In this document: positions 46,001 to 58,736 of the stretch, in pieces | Layout of the letters: each line of letters opens with the position of its first letter | Numbering within the stretch: the stretch's first letter is position 1 | Source: Azolla caroliniana | Taxonomy: Eukaryota; Plantae; Polypodiophyta | Direction of reading: 5' to 3' | DNA: 64,000 bases | NCBI GenBank assembly: GCA_043228905.1 | Contig: JBHGNT010000009.1 | Location: forward strand, 16,988,001-17,052,000 | Program-made: the position numbers and the translations under genes | The notes under the pieces: model-generated | What the model saw: only the letters and a program-made list of their open reading frames with translations | The model's database searches: none | Told to the model about the DNA's origin: nothing

Positions 46001-49000
46001 TATCAGGAAGTGGCCTCCTTCGAACTTCTTCACAAACACGCAGTGATCGGTTTGCGTTTTGTGATACCCTTGGCCGCCCATGCAGGAGTCGAACTTCCGG
46101 TACCATTGTCGAGGAGCCTGCTTCAGTCCGTAAAGGCTCTTCTTCAACTGGCAAACCAGGTGCTCCTTTCCTTTCTTCACAAATCCCTCCGGTTGCTGCA
46201 TGTAGATCTCCTCTTCGAGATCACCGTGAAGGAATGTCATCTTCACGTCCAGCTGCTCTACCTCGAGGTCCATGATTGCCGCTATGCTCAGCACCGTCCG
46301 GATGGAAGTCATCTTTACTACTGGGGAAATATCTCATCGAAGTCTACACCCTTCTTCTGCTGGAACCCCTTCACCATGATTCTGGCTTTATATCTCAGGG
46401 GGTTGTCGGCATCTCCTGGTTTCAACTTGTACACCCACTTGTTTCGGAGTGCCCTCTTTCCTTTTGGCAACTCCACCAATTCGTACGTATGGTTCTCATC
46501 CTGCATGGCACTTAACCATTTGCAGCTATGGGCGTCACTTTTAGTTTCCTCGAAGCTTTCTGGCTCCCCCTCATCGGTTAGTAACACGTGCTCTAGATCT
46601 GGAAATCTCCAGGGGGCCCTTCTCTCTCTGAGAGGATATCTCCGTCTTTTTCCTTCGGCAACCGGCTCCTCTATTTGTTCTTCGTCCGAATCCGATTCGG
46701 GGTCTTGGCCGGTTCCGGTTTCAGCTATCCCTTCTTCTTCGGCCTATCTTGTCTCCTTACCGTCACTAGTCGGTTCATCGAGTGTTAACCGGTCTCTTGT
46801 AGGTTGGGTCTGCTCATCGTAGAATCGATCCTTACCGGTCGACTCAGAGTTCATTATCTTCTTCTCCGACTCCTAGTCGGCGAGTGTCTTATCCTCCATG
46901 AAGATAATATCCCGACTCCGGAATACTTTCTGGTCGACCGGGTCCCACACTCGGTACCTGAACTCATCGTCACCGTAACTGAGGAATATGCATGGCCAGG
47001 TCTTTGGATCTAACTTTCCTCTCCGGTCCTTAGCTACATGCACGTACGCAAGACACCCGAATACCTTCAGATGCCGGTAGGACACATCCTTACCGGTCCA
47101 GACTCTCTGTGGGGTGTCCCCGTCCAATGGTACTGAGGGTGATCTGTTTATCACATATGTCGCTGTCTACAATGCCTCAGCCCAAAACTTCTTGGGTAAT
47201 TTTGCATGCGCCAGCATACTCCGGACTCTCTCCATATGGTCAGATTCATCCTCTCGGCCAACCTGTTTCGTTCCGGCGTCTTTGGCACAGTAAATACGAG
47301 CCGGATTCCCTTCAAGAAGCAATACTCCTCGAACTGCCCCTGATATTCTCCTTCGTTATCTGCTCGAACCGCCTTCAGCTTCCAACCGGTTTCTCTTTCC
47401 ACTCTCGCGTGGAGCTCTTTGAAGATGGATAGCACTTGATCCTTCGTCTTCAACAGTGTGGCCCACGGCTTCTGGTTGTGGTTATCTATGAACGTCACGA
47501 AATACTGCAATCTAGCATGTGACTTTGTGTCCACTTGACACACATTAGTATGCACCAACTCCAGTGGTGCGTTACGTCTCATCGGTGGCCTTGAACGGAA
47601 AGAGGTTCGGTTTTGCTTACCGGCCAGGTAGTCGGTGCACCTCTCAAGATGCACGTTCTTCACTGGAATGAGGTTGTCATCGGCAAGCCTCTTCATCCCC
47701 TTCTCGCTCATGTGACACAGCCTCTTGTGCCACAACTCACCGGTAGTGTCGAAAGCCACGTTCACTTCTTCCAGGCATAACCGGGCATTCATCAGGTACA
47801 ACATGTTTACCTTCCGGGCCCGAGCCACTATAAGGCTCCCTTTGCTGAATTTCATGACTCCGTTCCGGATGCTACCCGTGTAGCCTTCATCATCTAGCCT
47901 ACCGGCTGATATCAGGTTCAGTCGAACCTCCGGAACGTGTCGGACATCCTTCAGCAGTAGCTTGCATCCGGTTGGTGTTGTCAACCACACATCTCCTATG
48001 CTGACAATTCGGCATGTACCTTCATTCCCCATCCGGACACAACCATGATCAACGGCTTAGTAGGATGAGAAGCATTTCCGGTCCGGGGTAAGGTGGAACG
48101 ACGCTCCGGAATCGACAACCCACGTTGTCTCGTCGCCGGCAAGGTTCAACTCACTCTCCTCGGTGATGAGCATCAATTCTTCTTAACTGTCCGCGATTGC
48201 CGTTGTTCCATTCCGGTACGGCCCCCTCTAGTCTTTACCGTTCCGGTCCGGTGTCCTCTTAGAATCGGTGCCATCGGTTTCCTTGTCTTTTCGGAAGTGT
48301 CGATAGTTCTTCTGGAAGTGTCTCGGCTTGCCACAATAGAAGCAAGTAGGCCTCTCCCTTGACTTTGACCGTGTCCTCGACTTCTCCCGGTTCTGGGGAG
48401 TACGGTTCCTTTGTCGTTCGCGTTCTGATTCGGTAAGGAGCGCTTTGGAGTCGGAGCACGTATCTTTATCTTTCCGACGCGCCTCCTCATCTAGCAAGCT
48501 CGACTTCACTCTTGCTAGGGATAATCGTTTTATTTCTGACCCGGCATTGCCCAAAGTGACAACCAACGTCTACCAGCTATCTGGGAGGGAACCGAGCAGG
48601 AGTAGTGCTAGTACCTCATCGGCGAGAGGTACTTCCAATGATGTTGCCTGGTGGATCAGCCCCTGGAAGACATTCATGTGCTCCGCTATGCTGGAGCCAT
48701 CTTGGTACCGGAGTCTTACTAGCTGCCGAAATACCGAAACTTGATTAACAACATTTTTGTTCTGAAACATAATGCCGATCTTCTCCCAGAGCTCATGAGC
48801 CTTGCTCTCTTCATTGATGTTGTTGTATAGACTCATGTCGATGAAGCACCATATGTACGTCATTGTCTTCATGTGCATCACCTCCCATATTGTGGCATTG
48901 ATTTTGTCCGGTCTCTTGTCCCCGAACTAAACCGACAACCAAAGATATTTAACCATGAGCATGTCCAGGTGAGCTTGAACATGCCTCCGAACGAATCATC

Positions 49001-49667
49001 CATTTTTCTGTGTCGTTTCGCTCTGATACCAGTTTGATAGGAATACGGTTTCCTAAGCTATGCTCGGCCACAACCGAGACGTCGGATCAATCACAGAAAA
49101 CAGGGATGTGGTGAGATGTATCTACACACGAAACAGTAAAGAAGAGAGTGCACTGGATGTTAACGTGGAAAACCCAAATCTGGGAAAAACCACGGCATCC
49201 CTTAGCCTGCAAAATATCATTATATCAAGATTAGAACAATTGGGCACAAAGGCAACGACCTCTTGCTCCCTCGCTTCGCCACCATGTGGTTACAACCGAG
49301 GCAACGACCTCTTCCTCTCTCTCTCTCTCTCTGTACACAATTGCACTCTGAATTATCGCCATAACGATAATAATACAACCAACTCTACATCATACTATTA
49401 AGTTTGCCCTAGGTCATATTTATACTAATATGAGTTTCTGGTTATTTACAAATATGGCCCCGGTGAGCTCTCTGGAACATATTTATATATATGTCCCTTC
49501 CATCCGATGAGAGGTTCTCACTGGGTCTTCCGTTGCCGGGTACTCCACATCCGGTTCTCACCGGGTCTTTCGTTGCCGGGTACGCCACATCCGGTTTCGG
49601 CCGAGGCCGAGGTACTCATCAACGTTGTTCTTCTCACTTCCCATCTGGAGGGACCTGTTTCCTAACA
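43081..49667 (-). mobile_element. Ty1/Copia element (Tork-like), full length but degenerate, inserted in the satellite monomer-D spacer
   Basis: TSD ATCCC (43076-43080 and 49668-49672); 3' LTR 43081-43748; 5' LTR 49035-49667; iMet PBS (reverse complement at 49020-49031); PPT at about 43751-43759; LDVKMTFLHGDL, YVDDML. Confidence 0.93.
44415..45923 (-). repeat. 251-bp tandem array x6 inside the Copia RT coding region
   Basis: GAGGCATATGG recurs at 44420, 44671, 44922, 45173, 45424 and 45675. Confidence 0.95.
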
Positions 49668-49851
49668 ATCCCTAGTTACCGCAAGAGTATAATCAAATGT
49701 GGGTAGACCATCATAATGAAAATCTCAAGGTCACGTGCTCATTCCAATTTCATTATAGAGAATATATCGCCAAACAGTCGAGATATAATTTTCAACTATA
49801 TGCATTGCAACAGTACGATGAGATGTTGGGATAGTTGAATTGGGATATCAT
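49668..49851 (+). repeat. tRNA-Phe-derived satellite, block 4 (D spacer, E, start of F)
   Basis: Continues the sequence interrupted at 43080. Confidence 0.9.
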
Positions 49852-50563
49852 TGTCATGAAGAAAACCGGTCCAAACAGGAATCAAGGAATTAAAGGCGTG
49901 AACCCGCCCTTACACGAGTGTACGCGAATTGATACATTGTACATAACTAAGAATAGGACGACTGATGTATATATACTAGGTGTGACATATTTATTAATTA
50001 GGAAATCGATGTGTATCTCTGTCTGAATGGACAAAGAATAATGTTGATGTGTTTTGATGTAACGGCCTCCTCGGTGACCTATAAAAGGGAAGGGGAATAG
50101 GAGAAGGGTATTACGTTTTGGGGGGAAGGAAGGAGGAGGTGTTGTGGGACTAGGAACCGAGCTCTCTCTTCCTCTGTCATCATTCTCTACGGGGTTGCAA
50201 CAGTTTTAATTGCCACTGTTATTGTAATAGAATCTCTTGTTTCCGCCAATCCGTGTTATCCGTGTTCACGGAGTCTCTTCTTTCATTTCTCTCGAGTGTG
50301 CTGTTTGATTGAGTCGGTATACGCGCTGGTGGTCCAATCAGCGGGTAAGTGTCGCCAGTTGCTGATAGGTCTAGCAGCCCTCGCACTGTCGCACTCCTCA
50401 CTGCCTCTTGTCTCTCTTGCTCCTCGGTTCACGGCCCCCGCAGCCCCGCCTTATTTCACACACGCACGCGTAATAATGCGACATATTTGGTGAACCCGAC
50501 GTGAAACTACGCGGCAAAGGAGTCGAAGATGAGGGAATTGGAGCTCGCCGAAGCCATGGCGGT

Positions 50564-50710
50564 AGCGGTCGATCGGATAGTAAGTGCTGGCGAGGGCACA
50601 AGTTCCCTCGACAAGGCCATTGAAGCAATTGTCAGCAGCGGTCGATCGGATAGTAAGTGTTGGCGAGGGCACAAGTTCCCTCGACAGGGTCATTGAAGCA
50701 ATTGTCGGCA
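50564..50710 (+). repeat. 73-bp tandem duplication at the gag start
   Basis: AGCGGTCGATCGGATAGTAAG at 50564 and 50637. Confidence 0.85.
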
Positions 50711-53521
50711 GGATAGACCTGAGCTATTTGGTGGCCTACCGGGCCGAGATGGTAATGAGAGACATTCCGGAGGATAGGCGTCTCGCCGGGTTCCTTCGAG
50801 TGGCGACACCGGGCATCCACGTAGAGGTACTCGAGGTACAGGCTAGATGTCGGACCTGTGGAGAATTCGAAGCACAGCTTCTCGAGAGGTACGGGCTTGA
50901 TGACACGCTTCCATTATCGAAGCGATACTTCATGGAGTGGATGGAAACCCCTCGGAAGGGGAGGAATGCGTCGGCGCTCATCCAGGAGTTCGAAGAACGC
51001 TTCTCACAGCTCTCAACGTTGGATAGGACCGTGCTAGACACGAGCCTTGTCCTATTGTTTGTCAAATCGATGGACGTGCGGGATAGGGGCCAGGTGGATC
51101 TCCTGCTGGAGACAGATGATGGGCTGACGTCTGACTGGGCCGTGGTCAAAGGGGTCTCCAACCGCTTCGACAAACGAAGAGAGTGGGGCGATGAGATGTT
51201 GTCGACGATGGGACCCACCCCGGCAATGAAGTTCAACGAGCCTTTGTCGGCACGAAGGGAGGAAATCCGGGATTGGATTGAAACTGGCCCAGCGTCGACT
51301 GGAGCGGTCAAGGGCCCATCCGAGGGAGCGGTCCTTGAGGAGTTGACACAAATGGTGCACGACCTACAGATCGAGCAGGCCTGGAGAGACAATGGAGGGC
51401 ACCCACATGACCGAAGGCCACCGGTTGGACAACATTGTATGTGGTGCGACGTGGTCGGGCACAGCCGGCGAGAATGTGTGGAGTTTGCCGAAGCCCTCAG
51501 GGGTAATGTGGTGTACCTATGGAACGGACAGGTGCACGCTGGTGATACTCAGAGAGCCGTGTAGACAGATTTTGGGCATGGCGGGATGAAGCGGCTAATA
51601 GAAGAAGCGGAGGCGCGTCATGCAAAGGCGGTCCATTATTGGGTATCGGCCGGAATCCGGGTGGGAGGTGACGAAGACCGGAAAACGAAGGACTCTGGGT
51701 TCTGGCCCTTGGTGCTAGAAGACGTCTCTGGCGCACGATTGAAGAGGGAAGAAGCGAGTCGCGCAGAGCAGCAGGTCCAAGAGGTCACTAGATGGGACAA
51801 TCCGGTTGAGGAGAACACCGGTCTCGTGGAAGCCGCGTGCCAGAACTACGAGGTTCTGGTAGAAGAAAAGAGCACGGGAAAGGCCGGAGGTGTTGGGCCC
51901 TCACAACGGTATGAGACCTGGTTTAGGCATAAGAAAATAGATGCCAGTAACCTCGGCGCACTGGACAAAATGAAGGGGGCCGGTTACTGGCTCAACACGG
52001 AGATCGAGAGGTCACCGGACCTGCGGAAGCTCCTCGAAAAACGGATCCTCGACAACAAGGTGGAGCTGTTGCCGAGGGAGGTTCTCGGGATCGCCAAGAA
52101 GGAGTTCCACGATTCCATCATGGATTTGGTGAAACGGAAACGGCTCTCGACGGAGTCGGAACCAGAGAAGCCGGTGGAGGTGCGAACCACGCACCTGGAG
52201 GACATGGCCCTGGAAGACGAGTTGACGGAAAGCCAATATTCGAGGTCGCACTAGGCCAGGGCCACTACGGAGACCCTTGTTCGGATCGAGGATGTTCAGG
52301 AGCCAGTGGTGGCATTGATAGACCACAGCTCGGAGATCAACCTGATGTCCATGGACTTCTATAGAAAGGAGAAGTGGCCGATCAACACCAAGCACAACTG
52401 GAAAATGCGCGTGGTGACCTGAGCTAGGGAGGAGCTGCAGGGGGCGTGCGCGAAGATCGGCGACGTCTAGATCGATCAACAATTTTTCGTGCAGGAGATG
52501 TCCTTGAACCCGGTGTTACTCGGCGAGCCATACATTAAGGCGGCGCGTATGGAGACAAGGGCACTGGATAACGGTTCAGCATACACGCGCGTACGACCAA
52601 ACCATGAGTGGAACCGCGAAACCCTCGGCAGCGTTGAACGAGGGGATTTTTAGAGAGGGCTATCAAGGCGTGGGGACGTGATAGTATGGACGCCCCAGAG
52701 GATCCCCACACTTGTACCATAGGTAGGAAATTTTGGTTCTCCGATAACAGAGGTTGTACTATAGCTGGCATCAGCGGTCGAGAGAAGAAGCGGGTAGAGG
52801 AACGACTCAGGACATGCGGAGTCCTCGACCCCAATGAGGAAATTAGTGGAGCTGTGGAGGTGGTCTCTTTCGATGACACCCTCGGGGAAATCGGGAGGGT
52901 GATCGAAGAAGGCCTCAGTGAAGAGTGGATGATTCCGGTTAACTCAGTGGGAATGTACGAAGTCATTGCCGACTTCGGGGAAAGGGTTAGGTCGGATCGA
53001 ACGGCCTACATGGATACAAGGTACAAGACTGTGGACCGGAAGGTGAGGCCAATCGCGGCACACTTGCTGGAGGGCAGCGAGGAACGAATAAAGGGGGTCA
53101 CGTGGGACCCAAGTTTGCGGAATCCAGCCGACATAGGACACCGGTTAACCGACATAACGCTACAAGAGCTCAAGGTCGGTGGGGGTGGCTTCCTACTGTT
53201 GGTGAAGGAGGAGAGGTTTTGGGGAATGCTCGGAAGGCACGGGAAGGCCTTCACGTTCATGACGGGGGAGATCGGGTGCGTGGACCTAAGAATTGTAGAA
53301 CCAGTGGTGATCTTCACGGTACCGCATGTGCCGTGGAATCTCAAACCAATTCCGGTACCTAGAGCTCACATCCCGGAGTTGGTGAAGCTGCTGAAATAGA
53401 AGGTGGAAATGGGCATCCTCGAGCCGTCGAGTGCCCCATATTCGAACCGGTGGTTTATGGTGCCAAAGAAGAACAACATGTTGCACTTCATTCAGGACCT
53501 CCAACCAGTCAACAAAGTGAC

Positions 53522-56500
53522 TGTTGAGAGACAAGCTCAACATGGGCTGTATCGACTGAAGAAGCCGAGGACCGGATCGGTTGGGACCGATCGGTTAGGC
53601 CGAGTGCATAAACCGGGAGGCCGTTAGGAAAGATATTCCGTGAGGAATATATTTGGGAGTTAGTGTAGGAGCTCTTGATGAGCATTGAAGTACTATCAGT
53701 ACTTCGGTCAGTCCTTCTAGGACTTGTATAAAAGTTCTAACTGAGCACGTCTTATGTACAGATTGAGTATTATTGTTGAATATAGTTTTTTGTGTTTCTC
53801 TCTCTGTCTCTCCCGAGTATACTGCGTAAGCTCAAGCTCTCCATTGAACCTGAGTTTCCTTCCTTCTGTTCGGTCTTCATACTTGCTTCCGCACGTTACT
53901 TTCTACATGGTATCACAGCACGAGGGTTGAGAACCTCTCTGCAGCCGACACAGCTTGACGAAGAAGAACAGGAAGAACGATGGATAGAGGCGTGGCGAGC
54001 TCGCTTCCAACAGAGAAGCTCGACAGAACCAACTACGCGTCTTGGTCCTACAAGATTAACCAGTACTTGCTCGGGCACGGCTACTGGAGTTATGTCGAAG
54101 GAGCTAATGACGCGGCACCCGAATCGAAACACAACTATTGAGCTATGTTCGGGATGCAAAGACGCCGAAGGGTGCGTGGGAAAATCTAAAGAAGATCTTC
54201 GCCGCGAGCACCACAGCCAGGAAGCTTCAGCTCTGACAGGAGTTGAGCAACCTACGACAACGCGACTTGTCGATGGCAGACTATACCTCGAAGATCAAGG
54301 ATGTCTGCGACTCCCTCGCCTCCATAGAGGTGAACATCGAGGAGAGTGAGATGGTCCAAATCTGTCTCGGAGGTTTGGTGTCGAAGTTCGGAGCGTTCCG
54401 AACGGCTGTGTGTACCCGGGAGAATACGCCGTCCTTATTCGACTTACAGTCGATGCTCCTGGTAGAGGAGAACCACACGGGTGCATCTACAAGCACGCAC
54501 ACCGACAGCAGAATGTTGTACACGGAGGGAGATAGGCCCCGTGGATGTGGAGGACGAGGCGAGTCAGCACGCAATGGAGGCGGCCGACGAGATCAAGAAA
54601 GAAGGCACCGAAGTAATGCCGACAGCAACTCCGGACCCTCCGGAAACAGGGGGAGTCGAAGCGATGAGAACCGGCAAGGGAAGTCCATCGCGGAGTGCTG
54701 GTACTGTGGCAAGAAAGGCCACAAGGAAAGTGAGTGTTGGAAGAAGCGCGCCGATTCAGAGAGAATTGGTTCCGGGAACGGCTCCAGACATACCGACAAG
54801 GGAAATCGGCAGCGATCGCACTACGCCGAAGACTCCGGGAGAGCCAGAGAAGGGACTGCCTTCGTGACGAGACACGAAGCAAACTCAATGAAGTAGACCT
54901 CCCCGAGATCGGACGAGGTGTGGTACGTAGACTCCGGCGCATCAAACCACATGACGAGCCATAAGGAGTGGTTCTCGTACCTTGAAAAACCGATACAACT
55001 TGGAGTAGTCGCAACAGGAGACGACACTCCGCATCCGATCGCGAATGTCGGAGAAGTTCCCCTTAGCCATGTTGGGCAGAAAGGGAAACTCATGAACGTG
55101 CTGCACGTTCCGACAATCACGAAAAACTTGGTCTCGGTCGGACAGATCGTCGACCAAGGGATGGAGGTTCGGTTTACACACCTCGGGTGCTTTATTGAGG
55201 AAGAAGGCCGTGTGATTGTGCAAGGGCGCAAAGACGGGAGGATGTTCATCCTCGACTCCACTGACGGCGGCACCGCAATGTTCGCGAAGGGACAAAAGAC
55301 TGAGTTGGACATCGACTTGTGGCACAAGCGGATAGGCCACGTCAACCACCAACGGCTTCAAGATCTGCAATCAAAACAGGTAGTGTTCGGATTGCCCAAA
55401 TTTAGTGGCCGAAAGGCACAAATTTGTGAAGCCTGCCAGCTCGGGAAGCAACACTGACTTCCCTTCCCCAACGAGCGAAACCGGAGCTGGAACAAACTCG
55501 ACCTTATATACTCCGATGTGTGGGGGCCGGCACAAAACGTTAGTCTTGGCGGGAGCCGATATTTCGTCTCCTTCATCGATGACCACACGCGGCACACGTG
55601 GATCTACCTCATTGAGAGGAAGAGCGAAGTCTTCGACTGTTTCCGGGACCTCAAAGGGTTCGTGGAAACCGAAACGGGACGAAAGATCAAGTGCCTACGG
55701 TCGGATGGCGGGAAAGAGTACTTTTCCGGTCAATTCAACGGTTACCTACAACAAATGGGAATTCGCCGCGAATTCAGTTATAGATACACACCGGAGCAGA
55801 ACGGCGTGGCCGAGAGAAAGAATCGATCGATTGTGGAAGCGGCACGGGCAATGCTGGAGGAGAAGAGCTTGCCCAAGTTCTACTAGGCTGAGGCGGTAAG
55901 GACCGCGGTATACATCCAAAACCAGATCGGAGACAGTGTCGGCGCACGAGCTATATTTCGGAACGAAGCTGAACTTGCGATACTTGAGGGTGTTCGGTAG
56001 CATTGCGTATGTGCATGTACCGAAGGAGAAAAGGAGGAAGCTGGACGCAAAGGCCGAGAAGTGCATCTTGGTTGGTTACTCGGACGAGCAGAAGGGTTAT
56101 AAGTGCTATAACCCTTGCAACAAACAAGTGCGTGTTAGCCACGACGTTGTGTTTGACGAGTCTGTGTCCTGGTACCTGCCCCCGACTCCAAACCCTGCCC
56201 CCAATCCGAGCTCTAACGATGAAGTCAGCGAGGCCGAGATGCCTCCGAATGAGCCCGAAATCGAGACCTACGAAGAGAGTCCGATTTCACTCCGGTTAAG
56301 TGGACCGATTGGACGACTGGGTCGGTACGACCAGTCCGATGAAGAGCCGGTGAGTAGTGGAGACTCAACTGTGCATTCCCCGTGCAGGAAGCCGAGGAGA
56401 CGGCTTACGCGCAAAGAAAAAGGGAAGAAGAAGGTGTCGGATTTCGGCACAGATAGGAACGAGTCAGACCGACGCAAGTCCAACTCCGAGGGAACCGGTG

Positions 56501-58736
56501 ACGGGTCTTTAAAGGTGAACACCGCATCGAATGAGAAGGCCTCGAGATCAGCTAATGTGAGATTACGCCGATCTACCCGCCAGAAGAACCCAGTTGTGCG
56601 GTTCGGATACAACGAGTACACGGCGCATCATTATGCGTACATGACCCGTGTAGCGGAAGTGCGTGAGCTGGAGAGCTACGCAGAAGCGGCTAAAGACGCG
56701 AATTGGCGTGCCGCGATGGAGGAAGAGATGCACGCATTGGCGGAGAACGAGACCTAGGACCTGGTTGACGCACCGAAGGGGGTAAAACCGATCGGGTGTA
56801 GGTGGGTGTACAAGGTCAAGTACAACACCGATGGCTCGGTCAACCGGTACAAGGATCGGCTAGTGGCAAAGGGCTACGCGCAGAAACACGGCATCGACTA
56901 CGATGAGACGTTTGCGTCGGTCGTGAAAATGACGACCGTTCGTGTTTTGCTCGCAGTAGTCACGGCCAAGGGGTGGCACCTACATCAAATGGATGTAAAG
57001 AATGCATTCCTGCAAGGTGACCTTGAGGAACAAGTGTACATGGTACAACCCCCCGGATTTCACTCCGGAACGAACTCCTCGACAGTATGCCGACTGAAGA
57101 AGTCCCTTTACGGACTGAAGCAAGCCCCCCGTGCCTGGAACGCGAAGATCACGCAACAACTGCGTCGGATGGGTTTCGTCACGTCAAAATCAGACTCTTC
57201 CCTGTTCATCCGGAAAGGTCGACTTGGCCCGGTTAGTATTCTACTATATGTCGATGACTTGGTCATCACCGGCGCCGACCTAGGTGAAATCGACCGCGTG
57301 AAGCTCCAGCTTGCGGCATCGTTCGACATGAAGGATCTGGGAGACCTTCATTACTTCCTCGGGATCGAAGTGATCCGTACCCCCGAAGGCATATTGATCA
57401 GCCAACGTCATTACGTGCTGAGTATGCTCTTCAAATTCGGGATGGCCGACTATAAGTCCATCTCGACTCCTCTGGGCAGAACCGTCAAGCTTCGTCCCGA
57501 TACGGGAAAGGTATGCGACCCGACGAGGTTCCGACAAATTGTCAGAAGCCTTATATACTTGACCATCACCCGACCCGACCTCAGTTATCCGGTCGGGGTG
57601 ATCAGTCAGTTCATGGCGCGACCTACCAAGGAGCACCTTCAGTGTGCGCAACGCGTACTTCGGTATGTCAACGGCACTAAGGACCGGGGATTGCTATATC
57701 GGACCGGTGCAGCCACGCGGTTAGTCGGCTACACCGATGCTGATTGGACTAGCAACACCGCCGATCGCCGATCCACGTCTGGATACGCGTTCTCCCTCGG
57801 GAGTGCCGCGATCATGTGGAGCAGTAAGAAGCAGTCGACAGTTGCACTATCGAGCACCGAAGCCGAGTACCGAGGAGCGGCTGTCGCGACATGCGAAGCC
57901 ATATGGTTGAAGCGGCTACTTAAGGACCTCCGATCCAACGACGATCCAAGTTCGGAAGCGAACAAAAGGGGAGCAACCGAAGGAGAGAGCCGAAGCCAAC
58001 CACGCATGAGGAGGATGACGCCATCGAGGGCGAGAAGACCGAAGACGAGTTGGAGACAACCAACTCGGACGAGAGCGAAGACCGATCGGAGGTAGCCGAG
58101 TCGGTTCGGATGTTTGATTTAGACACGCCGAATCAATCGAGGCCCAAGCGGAAGAAAAGGCAGCAGAAGAAGCGTCAACACCGCAACAACAGAAGAGCTG
58201 ATGAGGGCCACATGAGCAGACAAGCCGACCAGAAGGGTCAAAGCGCGCGGAGTCGAACAGGTCGAGGATCGCGAGCGAGGCGAGAAGCCAAGAGGAACCG
58301 GTGCTGTGAAGATCCCGAAGAGCCTCAAGTTGAGCTTGAGGGGGAGTGTTGAGAGACAAGCTCAACATCGGCCGGATCAGCTGAAGAAGCCGAGGACCGG
58401 ATCGGTTGGGACCGATCGGTTTAATAGGCCAAGTGCATAAACTGGGAGGCCGTTAGGAAAGATATTCCATGAGGAATATATTTGGGAGTTAGTGTAGGAG
58501 CTCTTGATGAGCATTGCAGTACTGTCAGTACTTCGGTCAGTCCTTCTAGGACTTGTATAAAAGTGCTCACTGAGCACGTCTTATGTACAGATTGAGTATT
58601 ATTGTTGAATATAGTTTTTTGTGTTTCTCTCTCTGTCTCTCCCGATTATACTGCGTAAGCTCAAGCTCTCCATTGAACCTGAGTTTCCTTCCTTCTGTTC
58701 GGTCTTCATACTTGCTTTCGCACGTTACTTTCTATA
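53522..58736 (+). mobile_element. Ty1/Copia element (TGTTGAG-LTR family), degenerate with internal deletions
   Basis: TSD GTGAC; LTRs 53522-53907 and 58347-58736; iMet-like PBS at 53908; PPT GAGGGGGAG; CWYCGKKGHKESEC, YVDDLVITG. Confidence 0.93.

Noticed and set aside
45956-46822. 288-aa plus-strand ORF and similar long ORFs such as 22428-23093 and 50736-51392
   Set aside because: Antisense shadows of retroelement coding sequence with no recognisable motifs.
4057-50504. Idea that the tRNA-Phe array supplies the primer for the resident retroelements
   Set aside because: All PBSs seen match tRNA-Trp or tRNA-iMet; none matches tRNA-Phe.
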